A DNA stretch of 64,000 nucleotides from positions 16,214-80,213 of the forward strand of contig JAGTRF010000004.1 in the NCBI GenBank assembly GCA_018396775.1, written 5' to 3'. The notes below the pieces were generated by a model. The model was given only the letters and a program-made list of their open reading frames with translations. It was not told where the DNA came from and searched no databases. Shown piece after piece: positions 19,257 to 28,228 of the stretch. Within the stretch, counting starts at the first letter, position 1; every line of letters begins with the position of its first letter. The translations under genes were made by a program, and so were the position numbers. The stretch comes from Candidatus Bathyarchaeota archaeon. Lineage in GTDB: Archaea; Thermoproteota; Bathyarchaeia; 40CM-2-53-6; DTDX01.

Positions 19257-19772
19257 TTAATTCTTTTTTAAAGCTGGATGATTTAAATTATTAAATGGGC
19301 TTTGAGGGGCATATTTAATTAAAGCTTCCTCTTCCTTGGTAACTAAGTATCCAGGAACAGAAACTATTTTATCACCTATCATTATATGCCCATGAGTTAC
19401 AAGCTGCCTAGCTTGATGAATTGATTTAGCTAAATTCAATTTAAAAACTAGAGTTTGCAACCTTCTCTCTAAAAGGTTTTTTACATCTAAATCAAGAACT
19501 TCATCTATTCCAGCATTTTCTGGGAGTAAACCTAGCTTTACAAGTTTAGGTATATATTCTCTTCGCAACTTTTCTCTCTCTTCTTCAGGTTTACCTAAAA
19601 GCGATCGAGCTATTGCTCTAATTTTAGAAAGCATGCTTTTATAACGCCAAAGCTCTCGTTTATTTCTCAACCCATACTCTCCTAAAAGCTTCAGCTCAGC
19701 CTCTAGTTGCTCTCTTCGCCAAGGATGCCTAGGCGTCTCATATTTTTTTCTTTGTTTTCTAGGATCACCCAT
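19257..19772 (-). CDS. rps4: ribosomal protein S4
   Basis: MGDPRKQRKKYETPRHPW...LGEYGLRNKRELW. Confidence 0.9.
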   Translation of the reverse strand: MGDPRKQRKKYETPRHPWRREQLEAELKLLGEYGLRNKRELWRYKSMLSKIRAIARSLLGKPEEEREKLRREYIPKLVKLGLLPENAGIDEVLDLDVKNLLERRLQTLVFKLNLAKSIHQARQLVTHGHIMIGDKIVSVPGYLVTKEEEALIKYAPQSPFNNLNHPALKKN

Positions 19773-19775
19773 AAC

Positions 19776-20246
19776 CTACTTGCCTCCCGCTTGCCTCGCT
19801 ACCAACGCTTTCTTTTTAACTCCAACAGCTATCCCCTTTCTTCCGGTAGTCCTTGTCTTTTGTCCTCTAACCTTTAATCCTAAAGCATGTCTTACGCCTT
19901 TCCAGCATTTTATGCTTTTCATCAACTCTACATTCATTTTCTCTTTTAACTCTAAATCTGAGCTTATTAAATGCATATCTTTACCTGTAGTAAGTTCTTT
20001 TCTTTGATTGAAAAACCATGCTGGAATATTATGTTTTGCTGGGTTATTGATGACGTCTTCTATTTGAGCTACTTGCTCTCCAGTTAACTCGCCGATTTTA
20101 AGATTTGGGTTAAGCTTTATCATGTTGACTATAGCGTTAGCGAAGCTTACGCCTATGCCTTTAATTTTTGCAAGCCCGTATACTATCTTTTTGCCTCCAT
20201 CAATATCTGTTCCAGCAATTCTAACTATATGCTGATACTCTTTCAA
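19776..20246 (-). CDS. rps13: ribosomal protein S13
   Basis: IVRIAGTDIDGGKKIVYGLAKIKGIG...VRGQKTRTTGRKG. Confidence 0.9.
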   Translation of the reverse strand: MKEYQHIVRIAGTDIDGGKKIVYGLAKIKGIGVSFANAIVNMIKLNPNLKIGELTGEQVAQIEDVINNPAKHNIPAWFFNQRKELTTGKDMHLISSDLELKEKMNVELMKSIKCWKGVRHALGLKVRGQKTRTTGRKGIAVGVKKKALVARQAGGK

Positions 20247-20391
20247 GTTTCATCAACCAAATTAAATCTTACTTCAAAATAATCTAAAAATAGTTGCTTA
20301 AAAATTGTTCGATTTATTTAGTAAAACAAAAGTTATGGCTTAATTTAAGCGCAACTAAAACCGACATTATTTACTTGATTTTATAGGTTTT

Positions 20392-20509
20392 TGGCGCCGG
20401 GAGTGGGATTTGAACCCACGAGGCCTCAAAAAGGCCACAGGCTTTCGAGCCTAGATCTCCAGGCTTAGGCTTTTTTAAACTGCCCCGTACCAGGCTCGGG
20501 AATCCCGGC
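20392..20509 (-). tRNA. type-II tRNA (Ser-like, long variable arm), 118 nt with CCA encoded. Holds ~28-30 extra nt in the anticodon arm, a candidate non-canonical intron. Anticodon is ambiguous (possibly CGA)
   Basis: Reverse complement: GCCGGGA-TT-CCCG-AGCCTGGTA-CGGG-G-CAG[TTTAAAAAAGCCTAAGCCTGGAGATCTAG]GCTCGAAAGCCTG-TGGCCTTTTTGAGGCC-TCGTGGGTTCAAATCCCAC-TCCCGGC-G-CCA. Acceptor, T-arm and 3' anticodon-stem half are identical to the tRNA at 36541. Confidence 0.7.
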
Positions 20510-20557
20510 TCATAAAAATAGTAATTAATAGAGAAATTTAAGTTTTTAATAACACCA

Positions 20558-21564
20558 TTATTTCTTCCATAGTTTTGGATAGGTTCCAGGAGGCATTATA
20601 ACCCTTTTAATTTCAACAGCTAATCCTTTATTTAACTCTAAAATTTGCTCTGTTGAAAGCAAAGCATTACCTAAAGCTACAACCTCATTTTTTAAAGTGA
20701 AAATAGCTACTATTTGTTTTGGTTGAATATTGGATTCTATCCTTACTATTCCTGGAACTGCTAAATAAGCTCCATGGCATATAGCGTCAACAGCCGAATC
20801 TTTTATGTAAATTTTCGGAATATACTCGAAACATTCTTCAATTGGGCGAATAATCTTTCTTAATTTTTCCTCGCCTCCAAAATTTTTATATTCAATTGCA
20901 GCTTCGAAAACTTCATGAAGAGTATGAATTTTTTCGTTTTCAGTGAAGGGCCCTGTTCTAATTCTTCTAAGCTCTTTCATATGAGCCCCAACACCTAACG
21001 CTTCACCTACATCAAAACAAAGTTTCCGTATATAGGTTCCTGCTTGACAAGAAACTTTAAATAAAACTCTTCTCTCTTCAACTTCAAGTAGCTTAATATT
21101 GTAAATTCTTCGCTTCCTAACTTCTCGTTTAACTGAAGCTCTTAAAGGTGGTTTTTGATATATTTCTCCAGTAAACTCTTTTAAAGCGTTAACGATTTTT
21201 TCTTCTGTCACATTACTATGTAATTGCATTAAGCATATGTATTCTTTACCGGAGTGAAGAAAAACCTGTAAAGCTTTTGTAGCATCCTCTAAAGCTATTG
21301 GAAGCACGCCAGTTACTTTTGGGTTTCCTCAGCTTAAGCTTCTAAGGTCCCGCCGTGACCAGCGCGCTTCACATCTAATATTTTTTTCACCCAAGCTGTA
21401 ACTTCATGGCTTGAGGGCCCTGGTGGTTTATCTAAATTTATTGCTCCAAAATTTATATAGTTTTGCATCGATCTATTTTCAGGGAGACAACCATATTTAA
21501 AATCTGTTTCACACTCTTCCTTCACTATAATTTCTCTTTTCAACATCCATGGCGGAATCTCCAT
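20558..21564 (-). CDS. cbf5: tRNA/rRNA pseudouridine-55 synthase Cbf5 (TruB family, PUA domain). The reading frame is interrupted by a 17-nt insert at the catalytic GTLD|PKVTG motif
   Basis: ORF track shows an N-terminal piece (21334..21564, ...LDKPPGPSSHEVTAWVKKILDVKRAGHGGTLEA*) and a C-terminal piece (20558..21307, GTG start). Conserved coding actually resumes at 21322 (PKVTGVLPIALEDA...) in another frame. Confidence 0.8.
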
Positions 21565-21661
21565 TTTTTAAACCTCTTTTTTTCATAATACCAAAAAGTT
21601 TTTTAATAAATAAATTCCATATTATAAAAGTTCTCTTTAAATTAAAAATTGAAAAATATTT

Positions 21662-22255
21662 GTGAATTTTCTTATGTTAAAAGAGAGAATTAAAGAGTTT
21701 AAAAAACTTTTAAAATTTTTTGAAGCTGAAGAAATTTATAGAAGATACTTTTTCATGAATATGTTTGACGGTGCTTTAACAACGCTTGGAATAATTATGG
21801 GCGCTTATTTCTCTGGAGCTTATTTAAAAGCGATTATTGGAGCCGCTTTCGGAGCTGGAATCGCGATGGGTTTATCTGGTTTTTCAGGTGCTTATATAAC
21901 TGAAAAAGCTGAAAAGCTTAAAAAGCTTAATGAATTAAAAAAAGCTATGCTCACGGATTTAAACAATTCCATTCATGAAAAATCAGTTGAGTTAACAGCG
22001 TTTGTCGCTGCGATTATAGATGGTCTCTCTCCAGTTTTAGCGGTAACGCTTTCTGTAACGCCTTTTCTTTTAACGCTTGTTAATTTAATATCGGTTCATG
22101 AAGCTTTTTATTTCTCACTTATTATAATTACAGGCTTGCTTTTTGCTATGGGGGCCTTTCTTGGAAAAATTTCAAAAGAGAGCTTTATTTTATCTGGAGT
22201 TAAAATGATGCTTATAGGTGCAGCTGCAGCTATTTTAATTATGCTTTTAATATAA
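21662..22255 (+). CDS. VIT1/CCC1-family membrane protein (DUF125-like)
   Basis: FDGALTTLGIIMG motif followed by multiple TM helices; 197 aa. Confidence 0.6.
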   Translation: MNFLMLKERIKEFKKLLKFFEAEEIYRRYFFMNMFDGALTTLGIIMGAYFSGAYLKAIIGAAFGAGIAMGLSGFSGAYITEKAEKLKKLNELKKAMLTDLNNSIHEKSVELTAFVAAIIDGLSPVLAVTLSVTPFLLTLVNLISVHEAFYFSLIIITGLLFAMGAFLGKISKESFILSGVKMMLIGAAAAILIMLLI

Positions 22256-22276
22256 ATTAGCAATGGCGTATTAAAA

Positions 22277-22555
22277 ATGGGTGGTGAAATCAAGTTTTTA
22301 ATAAAAAAGCTTGTTTTAGATGTTTTAAAACCTAGAGAGCCTCCAATTTATGATTTAGCAGCTAAATTAACCAGCTGCCAAGGTGTTAATGAAGTTAATA
22401 TTTTGTTAGCTGAAATAGACCAGAATACTGAAAGCATAAAAGTTTCAATTACCGGAGATGAAATTGATATAGAGACCATAAAAAAATGTGTAGAAGAGTA
22501 TGGCGCTAGCATTCATAGCATTGATGAAGTTACTGTAGCTAAGAGGAAGCGTTAG
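22277..22555 (+). CDS. DUF211-family small protein (commonly paired with VIT-like membrane proteins in archaea)
   Basis: [20 protein letters not shown]...[33 protein letters not shown]...[10 protein letters not shown]. Confidence 0.55.
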   Translation: MGGEIKFLIKKLVLDVLKPREPPIYDLAAKLTSCQGVNEVNILLAEIDQNTESIKVSITGDEIDIETIKKCVEEYGASIHSIDEVTVAKRKR

Positions 22556-22796
22556 CTTTTTCAGGTTGTAAAGCTTTAAGAACAGCTTCATCAGAAGCAC
22601 CTTTTTTAATTTTTATTTTTTCTTCAGTTGGCTTTAAATGCTTTATATTCACTCTTCTTCTTTTAACTCCAGTTAAAGACTTTGGTCCAGTAACTAAAAC
22701 AAAATTTTTATCAATAACATCAATTATAACGCATTTTTTTCCCTTCTCTCTACCTGAAGTTTTTACGCATATGCGCCCTATTTCCATAGCCGTCAT
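22539..22796 (-). CDS. rpl14e: ribosomal protein L14e
   Basis: [39 protein letters not shown] is a KOW-type L14e. Confidence 0.85.
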   Translation of the reverse strand: MTAMEIGRICVKTSGREKGKKCVIIDVIDKNFVLVTGPKSLTGVKRRRVNIKHLKPTEEKIKIKKGASDEAVLKALQPEKANASS

Positions 22797-22798
22797 TT

Positions 22799-23341
22799 TT
22801 AATTGTCCCCCTTAAAATAGCTTTTTGCAAATTTAACAATTTTCTCAAGGATTTTTATAGTTTCATCTTTACTAAATAAACCTGTATCAATTATTAAATC
22901 ATATATTGAAAGATCCTCAATGTTTATTCCATAATATTCTTTATATCTTTTTCTTTCTGAAGCTTCTCTATTTAAAGTTTCTTTTTCAGCTTCCTCAAGC
23001 GTTAAACAATCTCTTTTAGATATTCTTAATATCCGCTCTTTTTTAGATGCTGCTACATAAATTTTTAAAGCTTTATTTTTTATAAACCAAGGCGTTAACT
23101 GGCCTTCTAAAACAACATCACCTTCTTCAGCCGTCTTTTTTACTTCTTCATCAATAGCTAAATCAATAGATTTATCTACTTCAGAAAGCCTTGACAATTC
23201 CTCTATAGAAACACCTTTTTCATAAGCTATCTTTCTAAACATTTCTCCAGCGGAAACATATTTTAAATTAAATTTTTTAGCTAAAGCTTTAGCGCATGTA
23301 GATTTACCTGTACCATGTAAACCCCCTATAGCAATTATCAA
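22799..23341 (-). CDS. cmk: cytidylate kinase (archaeal type)
   Basis: [14 protein letters not shown]-loop; sits at the conserved position between the DUF106 gene and rpl14e. Confidence 0.8.
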   Translation of the reverse strand: MIIAIGGLHGTGKSTCAKALAKKFNLKYVSAGEMFRKIAYEKGVSIEELSRLSEVDKSIDLAIDEEVKKTAEEGDVVLEGQLTPWFIKNKALKIYVAASKKERILRISKRDCLTLEEAEKETLNREASERKRYKEYYGINIEDLSIYDLIIDTGLFSKDETIKILEKIVKFAKSYFKGDN

Positions 23342-23354
23342 TTGAAAACCTCCT

Positions 23355-23891
23355 TTAATCTTCAGGGTTAACGCCTAACAATCTAGATAAAGGAAGGCTT
23401 ATTCCAAAAGAGCAAATTATATACCATAAAAAGAATGATAATTTAAAAGCTTTATAAGTTTCATCAATAGCTCCAGTTAAGAGGAATGGGATTGAAAACG
23501 GCGTTAAAGCTACAGGTTGAGTTCCATAAAATCTGCTTAAAATCATAAACACAAGCCAGAAGGGCACGAGAAATAAAAGGCTTATTTTCATTCTATCCCA
23601 CATCATTTTTCCCTGAAGATTCATTATAGCTTGCTGCTTCTTCATAACTTTAGCAAGCAATTGTTTATTTTTACTCTTTTTAGCTTCTTCAAACTCTTTT
23701 CTCCACGCATTAACTTCCTTCATTACAGCCTTCATCTTTTTAATATCGACTAGAAACCTGTTAGATAAATTAGTTATTAATGATAATATCATAGCTACTC
23801 CTAAAATTAATAATGTTGAATTTGGAATTGAAGCGTAAGGCTGAAGGCTTCTCATTATTTGCTTGAATAATTCATCGATTAAAGCTACCAT
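23355..23891 (-). CDS. DUF106 / archaeal Oxa1-YidC-EMC3-like membrane protein
   Basis: Three TM segments with a central coiled-coil (KKMKAVMKEVNAWRKEFEEAKKSKNKQ); conserved position downstream of secY. Confidence 0.7.
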   Translation of the reverse strand: MVALIDELFKQIMRSLQPYASIPNSTLLILGVAMILSLITNLSNRFLVDIKKMKAVMKEVNAWRKEFEEAKKSKNKQLLAKVMKKQQAIMNLQGKMMWDRMKISLLFLVPFWLVFMILSRFYGTQPVALTPFSIPFLLTGAIDETYKAFKLSFFLWYIICSFGISLPLSRLLGVNPED

Positions 23892-23906
23892 TTTATTTAT
23901 TCCCCC

Positions 23907-25328
23907 CTATTTTTTACCCATTAAAGCGCTTAAAGCAGGGTACATTTCAAGCATTCTTTCTCTAGCTAAAATTTGATAATATTGTTCTAAAATTCCAACC
24001 ATTAATAATATTCCTACCCCTGAACCAAAAACACCGAAAAAATCAGCTGTAGCGGCTATAAAACCTATAAGCAAACCCCCAAGAATAGTAACTGCAGGAA
24101 TGTATCTTTCAAAAATCTTTTGTATTGGGATAGGGGAACGCCTAAACCCTCCTATTTGCATTCCTGAATCTAAAAGTTGTTTAGCCACAGATTTAGCATC
24201 CATTCCAGCAACTTCAATCCAAGTTATGGCGAAGAAAACACATGTGGCCATCATTACCATTATATGCATAATTGCTCTTATAGGATCGCTTAAAGCTTCG
24301 CTTAAGCTTTTTGGGGAAATTAAATAATATACTAATCCACCGCTAGGCTTATAGCTTCCTTCTTTAACTTCAAAAGTTCCAATCAAATTCAACCAAAAAT
24401 TTGAATTTGTTGAATTATATCTTGACCATAAAATTTGAGATATAAAATATATGTTTCCGAATAAAGCTGAAGCAAAAATAACAGGAATGTTAGAAACATA
24501 AAGAAGCTTTATTGGATATTTTCCTCTAAAACCTCTATATTTAGCGTATGACACAGGGACTTCAACTCTTAATCCATCCAAATAAATTATTACTAGAAAA
24601 ATAACGATTGTTGTTATAAAACCAATCATATCAGGTAAACCTTCAGATCTGTAAAAAGCTTTAAAAGCTTCGTTTAAGCTTCTAAACGATTGAGCAAATG
24701 CTACTAAAGCTCCTAAATATTTTCCATCCGACATAGGTCCAAGTGGAGCGACGCTACTCCACCAAATGGCTTGTGCAACACCTGCAGCTATAAATAAGCT
24801 TATTCCACTGCCAAAACCCCAACCTTTCTGCAAAAGCTCATCCATAAGCATAATAACAATTCCGGCAGCTAACAATTGAAGCAAAATTATTGCTTGAGCT
24901 TGAAAACTAAGCTTACCATACGCTCCACCTATTAAATAAGCTAAAGCTTCAAAAATTGTCATAAAAACTGCTAAAACTTTGCTTGCGCTTGTAAAAAGCG
25001 CTCTATCAGAAGGGTTTGTTAAATCTACATCTATCATTTTTGATCCTGAAAGAATTTGAAGAATTAACCCTGCTGTAACTATAGGGCCTATTCCAAGCTC
25101 CATTAATGTTCCTCTATGAGAAGCGAAGATAACTCTTAAGGCTCCAAAAGGATCTTGAGCTCCCCCCTTCCCAATACCGTATAAAGGAATTTCAGACATA
25201 ACAAAGTATATAATTAAAACTAACCCTGTCCAAAGTAATCTTTCATTAAATGAAACTTTCTTTTTTGGAGAGGAGATATCGGGAAAAAACCTTGCTAAAG
25301 GCTTAAATAATTCTATAAATCTAACCAT
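23907..25328 (-). CDS. secY: preprotein translocase subunit SecY
   Basis: 473 aa, 10 TM helices; ...ISPKKKVSFNERLLWTGLVLIIYFV... N-terminus. Confidence 0.9.
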   Translation of the reverse strand: MVRFIELFKPLARFFPDISSPKKKVSFNERLLWTGLVLIIYFVMSEIPLYGIGKGGAQDPFGALRVIFASHRGTLMELGIGPIVTAGLILQILSGSKMIDVDLTNPSDRALFTSASKVLAVFMTIFEALAYLIGGAYGKLSFQAQAIILLQLLAAGIVIMLMDELLQKGWGFGSGISLFIAAGVAQAIWWSSVAPLGPMSDGKYLGALVAFAQSFRSLNEAFKAFYRSEGLPDMIGFITTIVIFLVIIYLDGLRVEVPVSYAKYRGFRGKYPIKLLYVSNIPVIFASALFGNIYFISQILWSRYNSTNSNFWLNLIGTFEVKEGSYKPSGGLVYYLISPKSLSEALSDPIRAIMHIMVMMATCVFFAITWIEVAGMDAKSVAKQLLDSGMQIGGFRRSPIPIQKIFERYIPAVTILGGLLIGFIAATADFFGVFGSGVGILLMVGILEQYYQILARERMLEMYPALSALMGKK

Positions 25329-25761
25329 GAGACAATTCTACCTCTTTACTTTTAGCAAGCAAAACAACTTTTCCTCCTGCTTCTTCAATTTTCTTTTTAG
25401 CAGCATTAGAACACTTCTCAACAATCACTTCAACAGGCTTAGTTATAGTTCCTCCCCCAAGAAGCTTCTTATAACCTAAATCAACTAAATTTATTGAGGT
25501 TGATTGATTTAATTTATCTCTTATCAATTCCTCCAATTCATTCACATTTATAACATTTCCTTTACTTCTTAAAATTTTAAAACCTTTTTTCCCCACTTCT
25601 TTTTTACCATATGTAACCATATAACTCCATTTATGGTTAAATTTTCCAGCTTTTCCAAAACCTCCTCTCATCCCGCTTTTTCTATGTTGACCAGAAACAC
25701 CCCAACCGCAAGTTCTTGAACCACGCATTTTTCTACTCTTTTTTTTAACCATTTGAAACAC
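25321..25761 (-). CDS. rpl15: ribosomal protein L15
   Basis: KKKSRKMRGSRTCGWGVSGQHRKSGMRGGFGKAG. Confidence 0.85.
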   Translation of the reverse strand: MFQMVKKKSRKMRGSRTCGWGVSGQHRKSGMRGGFGKAGKFNHKWSYMVTYGKKEVGKKGFKILRSKGNVINVNELEELIRDKLNQSTSINLVDLGYKKLLGGGTITKPVEVIVEKCSNAAKKKIEEAGGKVVLLAKSKEVELSHG

Positions 25762-25777
25762 CTCTTTTCTCCGTTTT

Positions 25778-26218
25778 CTAGCTTTTAGTGTTCAATTCAA
25801 TTAAATTTTCACGCGTTTTTTTCAACTCTATTATTAAAACTCCATTTTTAAGGGTTAATGAAAGAGGCTTAGGGTTAACAGGTTTCGGTAAATCTAAAGC
25901 TTTATAATGCTGGATCTTTTCTTTTCTGGAGATGATTATTAAAGTTTTCTCTTGAACTTTAACTTCTAACTCTTCTTTTTTAACTCCTTGAAGTTCTGTT
26001 ACCACAATTATTTCATATTCTTTTTCAATAACATCTGTTAAAGGTTCAAATTCGCTAAATCTTTTAACACTCATCTTAAAATAGTTTCCTTTAAACTCAT
26101 GAATAGGCGTTTTTCCTTTAATTCCAAAATAAAAGCCTCCAGGTTTATATGAGAAAGGACCCTCAAAATCATCTCGCCAAGGTAAATTTCCTCGTCTTCT
26201 TTTAAACTCTTCACTCAA
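25778..26218 (-). CDS. small heat-shock protein (Hsp20/alpha-crystallin family)
   Basis: Alpha-crystallin domain EYEIIVVTELQGVKKEELEVKVQEKTLIIIS...ALDLPKPVNPKPLSLTLKNGVLIIEL. Confidence 0.75.
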   Translation of the reverse strand: MSEEFKRRRGNLPWRDDFEGPFSYKPGGFYFGIKGKTPIHEFKGNYFKMSVKRFSEFEPLTDVIEKEYEIIVVTELQGVKKEELEVKVQEKTLIIISRKEKIQHYKALDLPKPVNPKPLSLTLKNGVLIIELKKTRENLIELNTKS

Positions 26219-26296
26219 GCCTTTCGCCTTCCCTATAAGAATAAATTTAAGGAGAAAACAAATATATAAATAATTAATTCTGTCTGTAAAGGTTTA

Positions 26297-26785
26297 TTAA
26301 ACCATTCTAGCTATAAGCTTATTTATCTCTCTCCCTCTATACCCTAACTCTCCTTTAAGCTTAAATGGTTTTTTTATACTTCCTTTAAAACCTTTTGAAG
26401 GAGAGTTTAATTTAAAAGGGAGATTTAAATAACGCAGCTTTTTTAAAGATATTTCCCCATTAAATATCGCTTTAGCTAAATCTTTAATTGAGTTAAAACC
26501 GAATTTTTCTTTAACTTTTTCATCTGTAAGCTTTTCTCCAGTTATGGTTTTTCCTCTTTTAATTAATAAAAGGTAAATAGATTGTTCATCAGCTTCACCC
26601 CAGGTGATTAAATCTTTAACTTTTTCAAGCATTCCTTTAATGCTTGAGGTTTCATGAAAAATCATAGCATTATGCTTTTTAGAAAGCTTTAATAGTTTTA
26701 AAGTTGTTTTTGCTTCAGGGCAAGCTCTAGGCATTCCTCTAATTCTAACAACAATTAAACACTTTCCATTTTTAACAGAAACCAT
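26297..26785 (-). CDS. rpl30: ribosomal protein L30
   Basis: LIVVRIRGMPRACPEAKTTLKLLKL; archaeal long L30p. Confidence 0.85.
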   Translation of the reverse strand: MVSVKNGKCLIVVRIRGMPRACPEAKTTLKLLKLSKKHNAMIFHETSSIKGMLEKVKDLITWGEADEQSIYLLLIKRGKTITGEKLTDEKVKEKFGFNSIKDLAKAIFNGEISLKKLRYLNLPFKLNSPSKGFKGSIKKPFKLKGELGYRGREINKLIARMV

Positions 26786-26789
26786 TTCT

Positions 26790-27419
26790 TCACCTTGCCC
26801 AATCTTTTGAAGTAATAATTTTATAAGTGTTTTTTAAAGCGTCGTAAACAGCGAAAGCTGTTGAAGCGATCGTGCTTGTGGAACCGAAAGTTCTAGTCCA
26901 GCAATCTTTAACTCCAGCAAGCCTTAAAATTGTTTTAACAGCTTCTCCAGCAACAAGCCCTAAACCTCTAGGCCCAGGAATTATCTCTACAGTTACGCTT
27001 CCGCATTTCCCTGCAACTTTAAAAGGAATAGAGTGGGGAAGATCACATCTGCACTCCCAACTTCCACACCCCCTCCTAATAGGTGTTATATTCAGCTTTG
27101 CTTCAGCTGCAGCTTTTTCTATAGCTGTTCTCACCTGCTTTGCTTTTCCCGTGCCAACACCTATAAAACCCTCTTCATTTCCAACAGCTACAACAGCTCT
27201 AAATCTTGTTTTTTCTCCAGCATCAGTTTGTTTTTGAACAAGCCCTATCCCTAAAACTTCTTGTTGAAGATTAGGGAGAAGCGCATCAGTTATTTCAGGC
27301 TCCTTAATTTTTAATCCTTGCGATAAAATATCTTGAATTGAGACTATTTGACCTGAAAGAACCATTTCTCCCAACTTTGTTTTTGGAATCCATTTACCTT
27401 TAGATTCAGCTTTCTCCAT
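26790..27419 (-). CDS. rps5: ribosomal protein S5
   Basis: RFRAVVAVGNEEGFIGVGTGKAKQVRTAIEKA...GSVTVEIIPGPRGLGLVAG. Confidence 0.9.
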   Translation of the reverse strand: MEKAESKGKWIPKTKLGEMVLSGQIVSIQDILSQGLKIKEPEITDALLPNLQQEVLGIGLVQKQTDAGEKTRFRAVVAVGNEEGFIGVGTGKAKQVRTAIEKAAAEAKLNITPIRRGCGSWECRCDLPHSIPFKVAGKCGSVTVEIIPGPRGLGLVAGEAVKTILRLAGVKDCWTRTFGSTSTIASTAFAVYDALKNTYKIITSKDWAR

Positions 27420-27428
27420 TTTATTTTT

Positions 27429-27854
27429 TTACCTCTTTTTAATTAAATTGTGAGTTTTTATATATTCTTTAAGGTGGAAGGAATCTTTAAACGATCCGCC
27501 TTTAGCCATCATATATAATTGACGGTAAACTTTTTTTGTAATAAGTTTTTTATCTCTAAGAGTTTTAAGATGCTTTCTAATCTTTCTAATTTTATTTACC
27601 CAAAGCCTTTTTTTAGGTAAAGAGGTGCCTTTAACATTTCCCGGGGTCCTTCTTTTTTTAGAAGCTCGTTTTCTCCCTTTGCTAACTCCTTTAGCTTTAA
27701 CTTTTTTAATTACACCTTCATGAATAAGCTTTCTAACTTCTTCTCTAGTTATAGCGCCTTCCACTCTATCTATTTGTTCAGAATCGATTTTAATTCGGCT
27801 TTCACCACTCTTCAATATTTCTGCTGCAAGCCGCTTTTGAGTTTTTACACTCAT
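27429..27854 (-). CDS. rpl19e: ribosomal protein L19e
   Basis: [17 protein letters not shown]...[10 protein letters not shown]...[13 protein letters not shown]. Confidence 0.85.
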   Translation of the reverse strand: MSVKTQKRLAAEILKSGESRIKIDSEQIDRVEGAITREEVRKLIHEGVIKKVKAKGVSKGRKRASKKRRTPGNVKGTSLPKKRLWVNKIRKIRKHLKTLRDKKLITKKVYRQLYMMAKGGSFKDSFHLKEYIKTHNLIKKR

Positions 27855-28228
27855 TCAGCTTTCTCTCCTTCAGCCTCTTCCACTACTGGTTTTCGGTTAA
27901 GAACTTTCAAGCCTAATTCTTTAGCTTTCTCTAAAATTTGAAGCCTCTTTCTTTCTCCTATAGAATGTGCTATTATAACTGCTTGAAATTCTTTATTTAC
28001 TTTTTCTAACTCTTTAACATTATGAACGATTACAGGTTTATAACCTGAGGGGTGAACTCCTCTTAAACTCCTTTTCCCTCCATAACCTACAGAAACAATT
28101 TTAGGCCAACCTTTTATTCTTCTTCGCATTCGGCTTGTTTTTCCTTTAGGTTTTCTCCAGCTAGATTTAACTCTAATATAACGCCAGCTTTCTTGCCTTT
28201 TGAAAACGGGTTTTTTACGGTTCACCAT
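27851..28228 (-). CDS. rpl32e: ribosomal protein L32e
   Basis: [40 protein letters not shown]. Confidence 0.85.
   Translation of the reverse strand: MVNRKKPVFKRQESWRYIRVKSSWRKPKGKTSRMRRRIKGWPKIVSVGYGGKRSLRGVHPSGYKPVIVHNVKELEKVNKEFQAVIIAHSIGERKRLQILEKAKELGLKVLNRKPVVEEAEGEKAE

Noticed and set aside
26872-27254. Two overlapping plus-strand ORFs (121 aa and 73 aa) inside rps5
   Set aside because: Antisense to a conserved ribosomal gene with no recognisable domains. The same applies to other antisense ORFs in the track (1180..1386, 3894..4079, 11119..11301, 11978..12169, 12670..13047, 16559..16750, 17439..17711, 19780..20007, 22108..22293, 24100..24327, 27720..27941, 28356..28544, 29235..29546, 31851..32033, 33759..34043, 37957..38226, 38416..38778, 39674..39995, 40660..40968, 41111..41293, 41545..41769, 43197..43433, 44131..44325, 44919..45329, 47577..47786, 49102..49299, 50988..51242, 54955..55524, 56605..56829, 62458..62640).
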